This document shows positions 36,301 to 49,870 of a DNA stretch of 64,000 nt, one piece after another. Position 1 is the first letter of the stretch, and each line of letters begins with the position of its first letter. This DNA is from Tubiluchus corallicola (Eukaryota; Animalia; Priapulida), in contig JAQGDQ010002372.1 in the NCBI GenBank assembly GCA_030141605.1, positions 761,694-825,693 on the forward strand, read 5' to 3'. The notes beneath the pieces were generated by a model, which saw only the letters and a list, made by a program, of their open reading frames with translations, made no database searches and was not told the origin of the DNA. A program made the translations under genes and the position numbers.

Positions 36301-39300
36301 TGGACTATAAATGTCACCAATGTGATGTCTGCAGAAAATTTAAAGTTGCGTGTTCATTTATTTCTGCAATTTGCATCTGTCCCGTTTTTTATATTCCTGA
36401 TGCAATAATTTCTGTATAGTATTGTGTATAGTAGTCACATTCCATTTTATGTGGTTTGCAGCAGACTGTGATGTAAATGCTTGGTGTCGCCATAGCCGCA
36501 ACTGTGTAAGTATGAACATTCCCTAAATGAAAGCTTTATCAGTATTTACATCAGTATTTCTCTGATGGGCAACTCTTCGATGTTCGTTATAAAGAAAGTT
36601 TTATCTTCAGATCATCATGCAGAGTCTACTCCAGAGTTGTAATTACTGTGATCACTACAATTGCAAAAGTTAAGTAGCAACGAGCTTGATTAGTAAATGG
36701 ATGGTAAATTTAATTAGTAAATGGTAACTGCCAGAAAACCTGCTTCTGGGTGTTTTCATCTGCCAGATGCCTTCATTGATGGAAAATAGATGTAATGTAA
36801 TATGTAATCTGATAATATGTAATCTGGTGGAGAATAGATAATATGTAAGATGGAGAATAGATATACATGCAAACGTGCCTAAGTCACATCTGTCATTGTC
36901 ACTTAAGTACCTACTTTTGGAGAATTATCAAATTAGGTCAGGTCGTTTCTAATATTGAACTAGGTTTCAGACCCACCACAAGTACTCAACAAAACAGTAG
37001 ACCCTGCAACTTGGTTCTGACTTCCAGTCGTCGAACAGAATAAAAAGTAATTTTGCTTTGATAATTTTGCTTAGGATATTCAAAACATGGAACATTTTTA
37101 ACGGAAAAAATAATATAATGTATAAATAATTTGAATTTTTTGTTGAGCATTCATATACCATGAGTGAACTGCAATAATTTGTAGAATTATTATAAATTTG
37201 GCATTTCTGCAGTTGGTAGCATGATCTATATGTGGGTCGTCAGTTATATTTGTCACTTTGCTGCCCTTGCTGTTCCGTGCTATATCGATCAGCACAGTAT
37301 TACTTATGCAATGTTTGTTCACTACATTAACCACACTTTAATCAAAATTTATTGCCAGCTTTCTCAATCCATTATCACATTTAATCACCCCTCAGCTTCC
37401 GCAGGCTTCTACGCACATGGTTTCCATTCACCTTGCGATCTTCCTCGTGATTACTGGCTGCGTTTTTCTTTGTAAAAGTGACTGTGAGCTGTAATAGCAG
37501 TAATTATTTTTGACTACACCTATCAGCAGGGCATTGTTTGCGGAAAAGCGCCTGACACAATCTATTTTTTGCGGCCTTTGCATGACTGGTTTATATATGT
37601 GTGAATGTCAAAACGCTATGAGTCTCGCCAAATGTAGAAGTCTCAGAAAATGCATTTTATGGGTAATATGAGACAATAGCGAATAGCTGAGTGGTCACAG
37701 TGTGTGCTTAACAGCTGAATCAACAGACTGTACGATTACTGATTTACAAATGTCAATGAAAAGTGACAGTTTACATGTAAAATAGTATTCTGGTATAGGT
37801 TTTTCCAATTTTTTTCGAATATAACTATTGAGTAGGGTAAACCATAGTTGGTATCAGGCCAGTTTTCCAGATCGTTTACCCCACGCTGTTAGCTGGCGTG
37901 TATGCGTCTGAGAAAATTTCCGGCTATTAAGCCATTCTTCAGAATAATAAATGCTGATTTTTTTCAACAAATTGGCGCTTAGTAAGAAACTTGTGAACAA
38001 AACTGATTCAATTAATACTTAAGTACTAAAACTTATAATATTACATGAGTTCTATGACCCTTTTATCTTGCAAAAATATCCTCAGTGGCTATCCGTTACC
38101 CATTTCAAGCACAAGCATTTCACAAGTATTTCCAGTACTGGTGCTAACTCAGTTAAATTCAAAAGATTGTGTGTTCTGAAAAATCTCAACTGTCCAACTT
38201 CGAAGGGGGTTCGTTTGCATGTGCGTGAAAATAAGCTGTTTCTTGAGCTCTACACGCGGCCGACCTTGTGCTAATCGACGTATTGATATTTGCTTCTGGT
38301 GCACATCTCGCAGACTTCAACACTGATGGAAGGAATGAGCCATTATATAAAACGTGATTGCAACAAATACTCGGCGTCCATGCACGCGACTAATTGGACC
38401 ATTCACTGGAATATGTAAAAATTTTCTGTGCAATTAGCAGCTAATCACTGAACGTAATTTCAATTGCATTTCTTATCTTCGATTTTATGGTTGTTTTAAT
38501 GGCCGTGTTTAGGAAAAACGAAGTCACTCAATATTTGGTAAGGAGCATGCGCAATAGAATAGATAGACTAAAGGACATGGTCTGTGCCGATAGGTTAACA
38601 ATACAAAATAGTCAGTATGGATGGGTTGCTGTTGCTGTTCATATTGTTGTACCCATTAGTAAGGATTTTGCAAAACCTGAAAAGTTGGTGTAATCAAGGA
38701 TGGTTTTGCACTGAGCAGTTCCTTACCGCATGTCACCTGTTATATGTAGTTATAAAATGTCGAAAGACCGCAAAACAAAATTGCAGTAAAACAAAGTTGA
38801 AAATTAAAGGGCAAAATGGCCATAAGGTAGAAATTTATATGGAAATTATGTGAAGATGGTTCTGCCCAATTTTCTATCCAAGGGCGTTTTGTTCCACATT
38901 AGGTACATTTTTTGATCACTTTGCTTGCCAATGACTGTTTTTGTGCTTATAATCCTACGTACCAATCTTTTCTTCAGTTTCTTTTACGTTCTTTTATTTA
39001 TGTCGCGCATTTCACTTTACAAATTTCCTTCATTTTTCCTACACCTGTATCACACACACTTTGTCCCTGAATCGCACACCTGTAACCTGTAACTGAATTA
39101 ATCAGCGGTCTCCTTTTAAATGACTGATATCTCCAGCAGCCATGCATTATGGTTCATTTCTTGCAATAATCAGTTTGTTCCCTCAGAGCCACTTAAAAGG
39201 TTTGTGGACCTTATCGGGAATGATTTCTGTATTTCCTTGATGGAACTGACTGAAATGAGTTTAACAGCACTTTACCCAGATCAAGCGTCAAATGCCGGCA

Positions 39301-42300
39301 AGAAAACATTTCTGTACAACTGACGATCGAAGGACTGCTGCAAGAGGCAAGCTCTGTTTTTGCAAACTTGCATGTACATGTATGATATTCAAAGAGTCTT
39401 CAACTTTTGAGAAATTTCATTATCCTTATAAAATGCAGATTTTTTTATTGTTTATAGCAATTGAACAATAATTACGCTCGCTGCACTGTTGTATACAGTG
39501 TTTTCTTGTAGTACTTGTAAAAGGTGAACTTTATTTTATTGTACTCAAGAAATTGTTATGTTATTGTATTGTTTTGTAAAACAATTTGTTCTTTCCGATT
39601 CGCACAAAAAAAAACAACTGCAAAGCTTTTAGTTGAAGCAGACTGGGATGCCCGGTAATGTGAATTTGCTCAGAAATCGGACTACCTGAACGGAAATAAA
39701 TAACCAATGATAAAGTTTCTTGGGGGATTTTGACAAATCGTATCAAGCAAAAGCATAGCCCAAGTTACCAACTTCTGATCTTCGTTTTTGCTTCCAAGGT
39801 TAGACGTTGTGTGAGAATTTTTAGTTTTTAGGTGCATCTCAAAATTAGTATTCACGGCTTGCTGCTCTTTTTGACGTTCCGAGCGAACCTTTGAGGTACA
39901 TTTATGTGTGTAAAACGGTGCCTTGAACATCTGTTTCTTAATGACGAGTAGAATGCAGATGTGCTGATTTTGATGAAATATTTATTGGGTGCATTCTGAA
40001 TTATTCATTTCAAATCCACAATGTCAAAACAATGTGGATATGTCCAAAGGAATAATCCGAAGAGCAGCTATCCTAACTTAGTTGTCTCCAAGGAGTTCTA
40101 ATTTGTTTTTTTAAATACATCTTTCAGTCACAATCTTCTAGCACCGTTCTAGCACGTTCTTTGAGCACCCTTCTCACACGTACCATGTTTCAAGATAGAA
40201 AACTGAAATACTGAAGCAATTTCAACTGAGCATCTTTGAATTACCGTTTACTCTTATAAATACTAACATTTCAACGAAAAATTGTTAGCGTCGTATTTAT
40301 ATAGTTTGGAGATAATGGTCACAAGTTCATATAAATAAAATAAAATTCCTGGCACTTTACCAAATTTTAAAAATTTGTGTAATTTTATCAAATATTATTT
40401 AATGCAAGGGGGACTTCTTGGTTTGCATGTATGAATAGCAGGTTTCTGAATACAAAACTTGTACTCGAAATCGAAATGCACAACCTATATATCCCTTCAT
40501 CATTACACATCATCGCTACTTCACGACGTCTATCGTAATAATGTACTAAAATCTTTACTAAAGTTATTGTATTAAACATTAATGTACTTTGGAATTTGAC
40601 ACTCAGTTTCGCACATTTAGTTACATTCAACTTTTGACATATATTTTGAGCTATGACAACACAGCTCCTTGAAGATGGCTGTTTGGGAACATCTAAAACT
40701 TGGAAGCTATTAAACAGCATAGATACTGAATACAATTCATATAACTTATACAGCTTATCTTTTATGTGGTATTGTTGATGCAAATGCGGTCAGCGTAAAT
40801 TATCTGAGAAACTGTGCTTATCTAGGGTATAATAAGTACACTAGTCTAGCTCCCCTGACGTACTTGCTTCTGAATATCGCCATTAAGTCTTACTCTTCTA
40901 GTGTATTGATCACGTCAATTGTATATGAACATTGCTGTTTATGACTTCTATATTCCGTAATTACTGGTGACATGCTGGTGGAACTGGTGGCCCCGCGGCA
41001 AGTATGCCGGAGTATATCGGAGACAGGCATAGTGAAGCCACAGAAATTTTTTTAGCAAGAATAAAAAGCAGAAATTACTATAGTTTGTAGCCTGTTCATT
41101 AACTGATGTTGTATTAATGAGAGTTGCATAAAATCGCCACACGATAAAAATGTAATCAAACAGTACACCTGACTATAAAGGTACGTTGCTAAGCAAATTA
41201 TCAATGTGGAATACATGTTTTTCATCTAAGCCACACATACAGTTCGTAAAACATCAGTTTACTTTTTCCTCAGCTTTCTCAACTTGTTGACATGAAAGTC
41301 AATTTATAGACCCAGTGACATGCAAACGAATTTTTCCACTCGTCTAATAGGATTTTTCCAATTCTGATTTCCGATTTCGCTGATATATGTGCATATCGTG
41401 TATCTATTTGAATTTCGTCTCACTGCACTGGCAATATTGCCGTGCTACAAGTTACTATAAAATGGCTAGTGAGTGTTACCGCAATTATTTCACATAACTT
41501 TCATTATAGTCACAGAATTTTTTCTGGAACCATATTTCATTATTAGGTTAAGTTTGGCTTGCAGAGGAGCCAAAATTGGATGCATATCCTAGTGCAACCT
41601 TTTTTCCTTCTTGATGGCTGTATCTGCATTTGATGGAAATTGGAAAATATTTAGGTTTGCGTAAGGTGCATTTTACTGGGAAGTTCCAACTGTTTCGCCT
41701 TTACTGCATACTTTCTCCTTGCTTTGCGGAGATACACCTTGTCGGCGTCTCAGCCATGGAAGTTGTAAAAGCAATATGATGCGGCAATCCAACCATAAAA
41801 CAGGCTCTTGATTGCTGCTTTTACAAGACGTCATTGCTTTTCTGTATGTTTTTAGTCTCTGGTGCACGTGCGTGCTCATTCACGCGACAAAACAAGAGTA
41901 TACTTGCAATTCCGTGCATATGGCTTCTCAGATTTGAAATCCACTGGTTTGTAATAATTGAGAGAACAATGTTGAATATTATTATATATTATTGAATTTG
42001 CTGCTTTTAGTTGTTTCTAATCAAACCGGCAGTAATATTTTTCATGTAACTGAATAAGTGAAATTAATTACTTAGGTGTGATGGTTGAAAGTAACGATTA
42101 AACATATGCGTCACGACTTCACCAATTAAAAGAAATGGCAATAAGACCTCAAACGTATTCAACAACAGCACACTGACCGTAGGATCGCCATTTTAAAGGA
42201 AGCTTTTCAATCCAAAGCCATTTAACTGTCAGTGAGCTGCATAAGAATTAATCGGAATTTACTCGCGTCATTGCTCTTAATCGTTAATAAATTCCGTTAT

Positions 42301-42795
42301 TGTGTATAAGAGAACGATTTTTCGGGCTTGGGTTTTCAGTGTTTCTTCAGTTTTTATACGTACGCTGGACTGCACATGCAAAAAACTCTCCAGGAAATGA
42401 AAAATGTAGACGCAATTAGTATGTGCTGTTTAAGCAAATTACACAAACATTAAACACTCTTTGAATACCCTGTAATGCTTTATTCATTAATCTGTCTTCC
42501 TTTCACTAAATGGTTAATCTGTCTTCCTCACACTAAATGAGCATGATAGTAATAGAGTATCAGAAAAACAATTTTCCTGGGTTTGTGGTCGTTTGGCCAG
42601 CAATATCCTAACTGAGAAGTAAAAACAACTTTGCCAGCTTATTAATACAAGCTGTAGAAGTAATTGTTTTATGTAATTAACTAACCTTACCAAAATCCTA
42701 TAGTTTTTTTTATAATTCCACTGCACTTTGTTTTTTTTTGTATATGTATTCTGTAGCTTCACACATCTCTGCTAAATTTACTCTAATAATAATTA

Positions 42796-43020
42796 GTTTA
42801 GTTTAGTTTAGTTGAGTTGAGTTGAGTTGAGTTGAGTTGAGTTGAGTTGAGTTGAGTTGAGTTGAGTTGAGTTGAGTTGCGTTGCGTTGCGTTGCGTTGC
42901 GTTGCGTTGCGTTGCGTTGCGTTGCGTTGCGTTGCGTTGCGTTGCGTTGAGTTGAGTTGAGTTGAGTTGAGTTGAGTTGAGTTGAGTTGAGTTTAGTTTA
43001 GTTTAGTTTAGTTTAGTTTA
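42796..43020. repeat. Compound pentanucleotide microsatellite (GTTTA)3(GTTGA)13(GTTGC)14(GTTGA)9(GTTTA)6
   Basis: Counted directly from the sequence; abuts the 3' end of the minus-strand LINE. Confidence 0.97.
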
Positions 43021-46000
43021 TGTGGTATATGACCAACAAGGCCAGCCAAAATACGTTTTACAGAAACCACATCAGTTTGCGTGCACATTCAAGAGTAAAC
43101 AGCACATTGCATCATTACATCAGATGACTGCATAATATTGGATAACTTCTTTTCGTTACTAAGCGTTATATAACTTAGATATAGTTCACTTATATAATTA
43201 TTTCAAACGTTACGTGCTACTGCGTGTTTTGAACAATGAAATAAAAATATTTGTCTTCTACAACGTTACAGGTTTCACAAAGACGATTCCTAAACTGCGT
43301 CCGCTAGGTTCTAAGTTTATGATTTTATGTCTTTAATATTTTTATCATTTAATAAGGAAGATTCGAATACAAACTCGGACTTGTTGATAAAAGTGCAATT
43401 TAGACATATTTGTTAGAGATTGTCGTCAGGTTATTCAAAAGTTAGCTTTAACTCATCCTTCAGCAAGACAGACAGTATTAGAATAAAGCGCTATTGAGTC
43501 AGCATTTAGCAGTTGATCCAAATTTATCCTATTTAACATCAATTTCGACGACCTGTACCAAAGAACATTTAAAGTTTTGCTAAAGTGGTATCTTGGTTGC
43601 ATAGTCGTGTTTGTGGAAAAGAAATACCCGAAGCCAATATTTAACAACTCTACAAGAAATATCTAAATTTATCTGATATCTTCCTAATGCTCCAACCATG
43701 GCTGGAGTAGGAGTTGTCAGCACCTAAAATTGCTTTATAATATTTAAGAAAAGGGTTTCAAGAACAGCAAAATATTTCATACCACAGATTTCACATCCAT
43801 AACATAGGATGGGTTTGGCATATATGTTAAAGAAAGGTATTTGCAAAGTTGGCTTCAAAATACCCAAATGTTTTTGATTTACTCAGTAAAGAAAATACTA
43901 CTTCGTTGCCTTGCGAGGCAGGATAATTTACAGATTCATTAAATTAATCATTTGGATTAAAATATACGCCAATGCATTCGTGCTCGACATATTGTTTTAT
44001 TAATGTGCCGTAGCAAAAGAAATCCTGTTGGTGATTCAACAAAAGTACTCTTTTCAAATATTAAAATTTCAATCTCACTGGATTTGACAGTTTAGACTCC
44101 ATTTTCTACAATGGCTGTTCAGTAGCTTTAACTGATGTAGCAAACCCTTCTTAGTTACAATAATTAAAACGAGATCATCTGTAAACATGTCATTAATTAG
44201 TATTATGCCATCAGAATCTTGTACATTTTTTATAGACACTCATCTAAATCAATAAAATACAATAAAAACAGCATGAGTGACAGAGTACAGCATTAAAGTA
44301 CACCAAATTCAACCAAAAAATACTCAATTAAACCAGGATCAGCTAACACAACTTCGTGTATGTGTAAATGCAGCTGAGCAGCATGCAATTTCCTTGATAT
44401 TGGCCTTTTTCTTAAACAGTTTTGTCGTTGTTTTCTTTTGTAATAAAAATAGCTAACTGGACATCTCTATTATCTGTATTTAATTGAAATTTACGCATAC
44501 TTTATTTTTTAATTTTCTTTTTGGGACTGTACGTTCATAATCGAGCAATTTTTTAAAAAATTTTTGCATTATGCCCGGATTGGAAAATTTTCTGCTGTAC
44601 TTATTTAATACCAGCTGCTACAGCTGGAAAAATAATTTCTTATACGCCAGATACAGTACTTAAGGTGCTATACTTACTACCTGATTTTATATTTGACAAT
44701 TTTGGATTGGCGTTGTTTCATTGCTTGGAAAATATGTTTTAATAATTATTGGCCAGAGGGTTGAAGTCGGGCTTGAGCATTGTCCCACACAATTGTTTTA
44801 TCCAACGGACACATATTTTTTCTGCTCCTCATATTACATCTCTTGTGCTTGTGTATTTTCATTTTTTCAGCAAACATAAACAGAAACATAAAAGAGAAAA
44901 ATCTACATGCATATCAATAAAATTTTGGTACAGAATGTTGAAGACAATAACATACAGTTAATTGCTGAACAGCCTGTCGGCTGACGATAAATAAATCTCC
45001 CGGTATTTTCACTATTGCCAATTCTACCCTTTAAAATGCTAAATCTTGCTTCACAGGTGCAAAATTCCATAAGTTGCATGACAAAGCTCAGCAAGTTGCC
45101 GGCCTTGTGTATTAGTAATTTTATCCTCGTTAAACCTATCCGGGAACAAATTTACGTCATACAAATGAAAATGAGGATATGGAATTGTGGTGAAGTTTTG
45201 CTCACTAGCAGTTTCTTCATCTAAAATGAAATCATTCGAATTTGCTGTTTGTTTAGTTATTGAAATCACCACTGATGACATCATTAGGTAACTGCAATAC
45301 AGTAGATCTGGTGTAGGATTTACTACTTAGAATTTATGCAAATTAAGCAAAATATAACATTTTTAGGTAATTCAGACGAGTTGAATTTGAACCTCGCAAT
45401 GTTTGGATGCGTGGTTTTGACAATTTCATAGATTGAACTTAAACCAGAACAATGAAGCAATTCAAATCCACCTGCAATTCTTTACTTTTCACGTTCTGAA
45501 CCAAAAACATTTGTATCATAACCCGATTTGTTAAACGACGCACCGTCTGATAATCAAGTTTCTACTAAGCCAACGAAGTCAGGCTTACATATTAGTCCGT
45601 GGGACAAAAACCATGGTCTTGTAACAAGGTCTGTTATTGGGTACCCTTTATACCGTTATCTTGGTTGGTGTCCACTGCTGCCTGTCCCGACTTTCAACAG
45701 TTAAAGTTAAACTAGTTAAAGTTTCGATCCAAGTTCAATCAAAACACCTCTATAAAGTGACGTGCATTAAGATCCATTGCTCTAAGTTAGTTTATTCCTA
45801 CTATGATTGTGTCCACACTATTTTTGTTCTAGCTTCTAACTTAACTTATTACAAATCACTTCCTACTCTTCCATGTTTTTCACATGCAGTGCAGAGTCTT
45901 GAATCAATCCAATCACTGAGATTTTCAAACGCCATTTTTCTCGAAAAATTCTTGCTACAAAATCTCTGCAGCGGTCTGTCGTTTGTCATTAATAATGCCT

Positions 46001-46053
46001 CGTCACATTGAAAATGTTATTACAGGCCCTTATTAATGTCGCCATTCTCTTTT
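43021..46053 (-). mobile_element. Decayed, internally deleted non-LTR retrotransposon (RTE-X-like) with endonuclease, RT and C-terminal remnants
   Basis: Minus-strand fragments: PDFVGLVET*L (~45570) and NTQGRQLAELC / ILKGRIG...GRFIY...GCSAIN (44950-45130) are AP endonuclease motifs; MFTDDLVLI...KKGLLHQL...CRKWSL (~44190-44090) is RT FADD-like; RLCETCNVVED (~43270) is the zinc-finger remnant. The element ends in a (TAAAC)n tail. Confidence 0.82.
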
Positions 46054-46973
46054 CACTGGAGCGTCTGCGTGTTTGCATAATGTCAGCAAACGAACTGAAC
46101 GTGTTTTTCAAGGTGTGCTTCATTGTGTTTGATTTTTAAGCATTAAATATTACACAAATAGTTTTCTAATAACTGAGAAAATCAAAATTGTTAAACACGT
46201 TTACATTCAGGGAATATAGCCGTTACAATACAGTAAACAGTATGGCGAACCTTATGATTGCAAAGACTTATTTTGTGATTTTTTTTGTATAATATGGAGG
46301 TAACAAAAAATACTACTTTTGTTCACCTTAGATGCAACTGAATTGGATCACTTGGTCCATTTATTAACTTTACTAGAACGAATCTTTTCTGAAGTAAAAT
46401 TATTAGTCATTAGTAAATATAGCTTATTCATACAGAAAAGTAAAAATTTTTTGCAATAACAGTATTCCTTGGGACAAAAGTCAATTTGTGCTGTTTGCCT
46501 GTTCATCAACCATTTGTTTTCCTTAGAAGACGATGGTCTTGTAACAAGGTCTGTTATTGAGTACCCTTTATACCGTTATCTTGGTTGGTGTCCACTGCTG
46601 CCTGTCCCGACTTTCAACAGTTAAAGTTAAACTAGTTAAAGTTTCGATCCAAGTTCAATCAAAACACCTCTATAAAGTGACGTGCATTAAGATCCATTGC
46701 TCTAAGTTAGTTTATTCCTACTATGATTGTGTCCACACTATTTTTGTTCTAGCTTCTAACTTAACTTATTACATATCACTTCCTACTCTTCCATGTTTTT
46801 CACATGCAGTGCAGAGTCTTGAATCAATCCAATCACTGAGATTTTCAAACGCTATTTTTCTCGAAAAATACTTGCTACAAAATCTCTGCAGCGGTCTGTC
46901 GTTTGTCATTAATAATGCCTCGTCACATTGAAAATGTTATTATAGGCCCTTATTAATGTCGCCATTCTCTTTT
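45613..46973. repeat. Near-identical 441-bp direct duplication (45613-46053 and 46533-46973)
   Basis: The two copies are offset by 920 bp and I count 5 substitutions. This explains the twin 124-aa ORFs in the ORF track. Confidence 0.95.
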
Positions 46974-47662
46974 ACGTACGCTGTTACGACGCAGTAGCCC
47001 CCCCTGCCTAGATTGCATTTGACCGATTATTTTATATGCAATTTGACATTGCATGTCGGTATCTAGATTTCTACGGCAGTTCCTGCGTAAAGTGGATAAC
47101 TGGAACCTAGCACACTGTCAAGGGTAGTCCTCTAAGATGGGGGCACTGGACCGGCATTCTGGGAGGTCACCCATCTACTTGCTGTCAGTGTCTGTCACAC
47201 TCGGATTGTGCTTCACACATGCTGACGAGTCAATCATTCTCCGTGCCACACAAAATTTCCATTTCACAACACACGCTAAGCATGAAAGATCTATTCTCGA
47301 ATATGGTCGCTTCCCAGTGTGCAAAAATGTCTTACGTTTACCGAACATTCGCTAATATGTTAATATTAACCGAGACATCAATTGACATAACTTTGGGGCA
47401 TCTTTATTGACTGTGCCGTTGCTGTCTACTTCAATGCATTACTGTTTAAATCCACTCTGCTGTTGTGTCTCTCTGGGGGGACATCTTGCATGACTGATCA
47501 TCTGCATGGCAATTCATCATATCTTCATGTCGGCTTGACATTGGGATGTACATAGATAAGAATATTTGCCGTCTTATTTGTGGTCGCCGCAAGTTAAGTA
47601 GAGGCGGCACTGTTTTATTTGGAATCCGTAAGGTAACGCAATATTGGCTTCCCACGCAACAG

Positions 47663-47754
<92 letters not shown>

Positions 47755-47790
47755 CGTACGTAAAAGAGAATGGCGACATATATATATATA
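47663..47790. repeat. (CT)n(AT)n microsatellite interrupted by a 29-bp insert
   Basis: CT tract, then TA tract to 47750, unique 29 bp at 47751-47779, then TA resumes. Confidence 0.95.
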
Positions 47791-49279
47791 AACTTGGGAC
47801 AAACCCACAAAGCATAATTCTTGCTGTTATTAATCTATAAGTTACTTTCACAATTTGTATTGAAAAGCATAAGATGTTGTGTCCTTCCGTTGGCAGAACG
47901 GTATATTACGCGACCACTCGCGCTGAGCTTTGTCTGTTCTTGCTGTTTGACACCTCAGCATTGTCTATAGTTGACGTAATGGGCATATGATGATGTCCTC
48001 ACTGCGAGCAATCTCGCATCATCAACTTCAGCAACAAGAAATTGTCAAAATTGTGCATTCGTTCAGTATTTGACAGCGTCGGTGTTTCGGCACTCGCTAT
48101 TTTTTAACTAAATGACGATTATACAAATCGGGGTAAACGCGCACCATTATTTATATGATGTTAATTTATCAAAGCGTTAACAAATTATATCATCTAAAAA
48201 TGTCTGACTTTAAATGAAATGCACTGTATGTTTGCCATTCTTCGCTCATCCTATATAATAAATAACATTTTGAATTTTCATGCAACACTTCGTGTTTGGG
48301 GAGAATTGCATCATTGCAGTACAGATTTAAACGTATGGGTTTTGCTTACTTTTGCACTGTACGAATACCGAATCCGATTCAAATGCGAAATGCATTTGAC
48401 TTACATTGTATGTTTTTCATGCAAAATTTGCCTTGTCGTTGAGTATACAGTAGAACACAATGTATAGCGTTGCCGTAAGAAAAGGTAAATTTCTTATTTA
48501 AGTAGCAAAACTGTAGCAAGCGTGGGCTGTGTGATTTTGGATAACAAATTTCTAAACTTCAAGCTTGACTAAGGAACCCAGTTATTACACGTAAAGCCCT
48601 GGTTCCTTTACTCTAAAATCAGAATAGATAGATTCGTTTTTCTCATTTTAAAGCTCATTCTACCTCCCTTCTCTCTTCCTGTCTATAAAATGTGCTTGAA
48701 TCACCTGGGCTGCATTTCGTAATATTACTGTGAGCTTGCTGTGAAAATTATCGCGCAAATTGCAACATTAATCAATAAGAAGCATCTCCGATCATATAAT
48801 TATGCTCATGGTAATGAATAAATTGGATTCGCGGCACCATTTAACGCATGATTATGAAAACACCGCTGCTTTTTCTGGACAAATTTCGCTTCTGAGTTTT
48901 TCAGATAAGACATTTTCTTGGTAACAGTGTCATTTGTCCGTTTTCAAAAAGTGTGACAAAAACGTGACGAGTCTGCCCACCTATACGTATAGGAAAGAAT
49001 TATTGTAATTGTCTAATTTACTTTTACTATAATTTCAATAAGTATGTTTTGATCTGCCGTAGACCTAAATTAAATGGCAGTTCGTGTTTTCGTGAATAAT
49101 TATATTAGAACTAGAGAAACATTTCATGTTATTGCAATTATCCATGTGAATGATTAATTAATCTAACGGAAGGAGGAGAATTTAGGCTAACTTTTTTACT
49201 CACATTCATAATACATATTTTGCAAAATACAAATATATGTACACACTAGTCACAGTGTAGTGCTAGTGTTGTAATGTAG

Positions 49280-49870
49280 TTCTATAACGCATTACTAGCA
49301 TTGTACAGTATGCTGCAGAATGAGCCTTTTCACAATTCCAACGATTGATGATGATCGTGAAAAGGTCAAAGGTTAAGTGTACCAGACAACGCATTTGTGT
49401 ACACTTGACAATGCCTCGCAACCCCATGCTGTTGTAAAAGTAATTAAGAAAAGGGACGAATGCTAGCTATAGAACCTTATCTAGTTCATTTTTACTTCAC
49501 GGGCAGACTAATGCATAATTAAGTAAAGTCCACTTGCTTTCCCCACATGTCACGTGACGGCTACAGACCTATAGCAACTGCGCGTGCGCACAACGAAACT
49601 GCGAAAAGGCTTATTATGCAATACAATGTAGTATTACGTACAGTGGCTGTTATAGTTCACTAACGCATTCGGCATTACTAGTCAGTTGTATTACATTGTA
49701 TAGTATGTTATTGCATTAAACAGGATAATGTGGCACTACTGTTATAATATATTTCAGTAACGCATTACTAGGCTATTACATTATGCAGTATGCAACTGAA
49801 TCATCTAGTTTAATATATACTACAATAATTGTTACAGTTCAGTAACGCGTTACCAGCCTATTGCATTATA
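49280..49870. repeat. Degenerate dispersed/tandem repeat with core TAACGCATTACTAG
   Basis: The core recurs at ~49286, ~49661, ~49758 and ~49843 with similar flanks (…CATT…CAGTATG). Confidence 0.55.

Noticed and set aside
45637-46931. Twin 124-aa plus-strand ORFs as duplicated genes, or the repeats as LTRs
   Set aside because: They are antisense readings of a duplicated LINE-adjacent segment with non-ATG starts. There are no consistent TG...CA ends, TSD, PBS or PPT.
47150-47190. 5S rRNA-like sequence on the minus strand
   Set aside because: Only ~25 nt loosely resemble the 5S internal control region; at most a SINE remnant.
47546-47851. ORFs with YIYIYI/ERERER runs
   Set aside because: Translations of the CT/TA microsatellite.
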